A stretch of 64,000 nt of DNA. Origin: an uncultured bacterium (GTDB taxonomy: Bacteria > Chlamydiota > Chlamydiia > Chlamydiales > SM23-39). Shown here in pieces: positions 61,703 to 64,000 of the stretch. Location of the stretch: NCBI GenBank assembly GCA_963716985.1, contig OY970323.1, positions 1,120,001 to 1,184,000 of the forward strand. The letters are read 5' to 3'. A program made the translations under genes and the position numbers. The notes under the pieces were generated by a model. The model was not told where the DNA came from. It did not search any database and saw nothing but the letters and a program-made list of their open reading frames with translations. Every line of letters begins with the position of its first letter. Position 1 is the stretch's first letter.

Positions 61703-63313
61703 ATGAGAAAAGAGATGAGCCCCCTGCAAAAAGAGCGTTTGCACTATCAGCCCCATATCCCGGATATTTGCAAAAACCCCTTAGAAATTTGTCTGCAGCC
61801 CACCTCTTTTTTAAAGGAAAATATAGAGATTCGAGAATCGTTTCCAAAAACTTATGGGCAGTTACTCATGACACTTGCTAAGGGCAAAGGAGCAGCTTTG
61901 CCAGCCTCGCCTCTTCGCGTAGGAGTTGTTTTTTCCGGGGGGCAGGCGTCGGGAGGGCATAATGTCATTGCAGGCCTTTTCGACATGCTGCAAAAAATCC
62001 ATCCTCAATCAACCCTCATCGGTTTTCAAGAAGGTCCCGGCGGCATCATAAAAAATCAAACGATACAACTGACGAAAGAGCTGATCGACTCCTATCGAAA
62101 TCAGGGAGGTTTTGATCTTCTTGGCAGCGGGCGGACAAAAATCGAAAAAAAAGAGGATTTGGAACTTTCGGAAAATACCGCCCGAAGCTTGAAGCTCGAC
62201 GGCCTTGTCATTATTGGGGGCGACGATTCCAATACCAATGCAGCAATTCTTGCTGAATTCTTTTTACAAAAAGGATGTGCTACGCGAGTGATCGGAGTGC
62301 CGAAAACCATCGATGGGGATCTGCAAAATGAGCATGTCGAGATCTCTTTTGGGTTTGATACGGCTTGCAAGGTCTATGCGGAAATGATCGGCAATATTGA
62401 AAGCGACGCGCTTTCGGCAAAAAAATATTACCATTTCATCAAGCTCATGGGACGATCTGCCTCCCACATTGCTTTAGAATGCGCCCTACAAACGCACCCC
62501 AACCTCACTCTGATCGGCGAGGAGGTGCGGGAAAAAAAGAAGAAGCTCAAAGAGATCATCGAAGAGATTGTTGATCTGATCATTAAGAGGTCGCACGCGA
62601 AGAAAAACTATGGGGTGATCCTGATCCCGGAAGGGATCATTGAATTTATTCCCGAAATGCAAACATTAATACAGGATTTGAACCGGATTGTGGCAAACGT
62701 GTCTTCGCAAAAAGCAGAAGATATACAACATATTCTCAACAAAGATTCCAAAGCTCTCTTTTCTTCGCTGCCCAAAACGATTCAAGAAGAGCTCGTGCTC
62801 GGCAGGGATCCTCATGGCAACGTTCTTCTTTCCCAGGTGGAAACGGAGAAGCTTTTTATTGAGCTCGTGGAAAAAGAGCTTATCGCTCGAAAGGATTATT
62901 CAGGAAAGTTTCAAGCGCTCTCCCATTTTTTTGGCTATGAAGGCCGTGCTGCGCTTCCCTCGAATTTTGATGCGCAATATTGCACTTCTTTGGGAGCCCT
63001 TGCGGCTATTCTTGTCCATCAAGGGGCCACGGGAATGATGTGTGCGATTGCGAATGTAAAAGAATCGATCGACCAATGGGTCCTAAAAGGCGTGCCTTTG
63101 ACCTCGCTTCTTCATATGGAAACAAGGGGAGGAAAACAAAAACCCGTTATAAAAAAGGCCTTGGTGGACCTGAAGAAAAAACCCTTCCTTGCATTCCAAG
63201 AGATGCGCGAGAAGTGGTTGGTCCACGATGCTTATCGCAACCCCGGCCCGATCCAATTTTTCGGCGAGAGGAAGATCTCTGACGCCTTAACGTTTTCTTT
63301 GTACTTGCGATAG
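61703..63313 (+). CDS. pfp: PPi-dependent phosphofructokinase
   Basis: SGGQASGGHNV, GGDDSNT, PKTIDGDL, MGRSASH, NPGPIQF. Confidence 0.95.
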   Translation: MRKEMSPLQKERLHYQPHIPDICKNPLEICLQPTSFLKENIEIRESFPKTYGQLLMTLAKGKGAALPASPLRVGVVFSGGQASGGHNVIAGLFDMLQKIHPQSTLIGFQEGPGGIIKNQTIQLTKELIDSYRNQGGFDLLGSGRTKIEKKEDLELSENTARSLKLDGLVIIGGDDSNTNAAILAEFFLQKGCATRVIGVPKTIDGDLQNEHVEISFGFDTACKVYAEMIGNIESDALSAKKYYHFIKLMGRSASHIALECALQTHPNLTLIGEEVREKKKKLKEIIEEIVDLIIKRSHAKKNYGVILIPEGIIEFIPEMQTLIQDLNRIVANVSSQKAEDIQHILNKDSKALFSSLPKTIQEELVLGRDPHGNVLLSQVETEKLFIELVEKELIARKDYSGKFQALSHFFGYEGRAALPSNFDAQYCTSLGALAAILVHQGATGMMCAIANVKESIDQWVLKGVPLTSLLHMETRGGKQKPVIKKALVDLKKKPFLAFQEMREKWLVHDAYRNPGPIQFFGERKISDALTFSLYLR

Positions 63314-63402
63314 GCAAGTTGCTGACAGTAAAGGGCTTGGAATTCTTGCAATAAATGATTCGATATGTTATAATAGAGTCAAATAAATATTTGAAGGGGC
63401 TT

Positions 63403-63897
63403 ATGAGCTCAGGAATCCAGTTTCGCAACATCGAAGATCAGCATCTGATTAAAGCCGCTCAAGCAATTGGGAAGGGCGAGGAGAGGCCCAAGGACAGAAA
63501 GCATTCCCAAGAGTTTGATTTTAAGGATATTAAAAAAATTGATCGAAAAATCATTCGCTGGATGCTCGATACGAATCCTCTTTTCTTCTTAAAAACGCTT
63601 CTCCAGCACTCTCAAGCCGATGATCTTTTGATGGGTTTATTTGGAATTCACGAAATTTTGGAATATGCCCTGATGAAAAGCGCCCTTACGGGCATTGCCC
63701 AAAAGGTTTTGCATACAAAAGGCCTTTTTTCTAAAAACCAGCAAGAGAGAAAAAAGGCACTTGTCGATCTGATTCTTAGCCTGCCCTCCATCAAAAAATC
63801 GATCAAAAAAACGCAGGATCTTTGCGCACACTCCGTTTGTCCGAAAGAGACCTCCTTCTTAATTTCTAAAATACTCCCATCTAAGAAGCCATCTTAA
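63403..63897 (+). CDS. Hypothetical protein
   Basis: ORF with AAGGGG RBS before ATG 63403. Confidence 0.6.
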   Translation: MSSGIQFRNIEDQHLIKAAQAIGKGEERPKDRKHSQEFDFKDIKKIDRKIIRWMLDTNPLFFLKTLLQHSQADDLLMGLFGIHEILEYALMKSALTGIAQKVLHTKGLFSKNQQERKKALVDLILSLPSIKKSIKKTQDLCAHSVCPKETSFLISKILPSKKPS

Positions 63898-64000
63898 GTC
63901 AGACAGCCCACCATCCGGTGAGCAGAGGGGCGCATTACTCCGCCCCCTAAAAGAGTGCTTTCAAGCAATTAGAAAGCAAGAGAAAGAGCTACCTTTAAAC

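Noticed and set aside
63900..63960. GC-rich hairpin near the window end as an ncRNA
   Set aside because: Short stem only, with no SRP, tmRNA or RNase P motif; context truncated

Overview
Chromosomal window from an environmental member of the Chlamydiota. Evidence: chlamydial-type GroEL C-terminus (..GQFDY), TAGCA-N15-TGCTAA CIRCE, and Chlamydia-like gene orders (ihf..accA-msbA..dnaQ, pdhABC, kdsB-pyrG-ruvX, rpmG-lolCE-lolD). The housekeeping backbone includes hppA, sdaA, groESL, ptsH, rpiA, tyrS, accA, msbA, pdhABC, mpg, rnr, folD, suhB, mreD, galE, ispA, ugd, ddpX, tsaD, selU, pyrG, kdsB and pfp. Accessory islets interrupt it. They carry an IS66-family element whose transposase is split by a complete group II intron (splicing restores the frame), an IS982 with a 6-bp target duplication, a decayed IS66 remnant, two copies of a 105-bp MITE-like palindrome, other long intergenic hairpins and a broken HicAB-like module. 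They also carry eukaryote-like candidate effectors: a cyclin-box-like protein, a PP2C phosphatase and a ~1200-aa protein with a C-terminal Ulp1/CE-clan protease and an NLS-like tail. Two other unusual genes are an EarP-like GT-B glycosyltransferase behind msbA and a methyltransferase/ATP-grasp ligase fusion. All family calls come from motif recognition by eye; no database searches were run.
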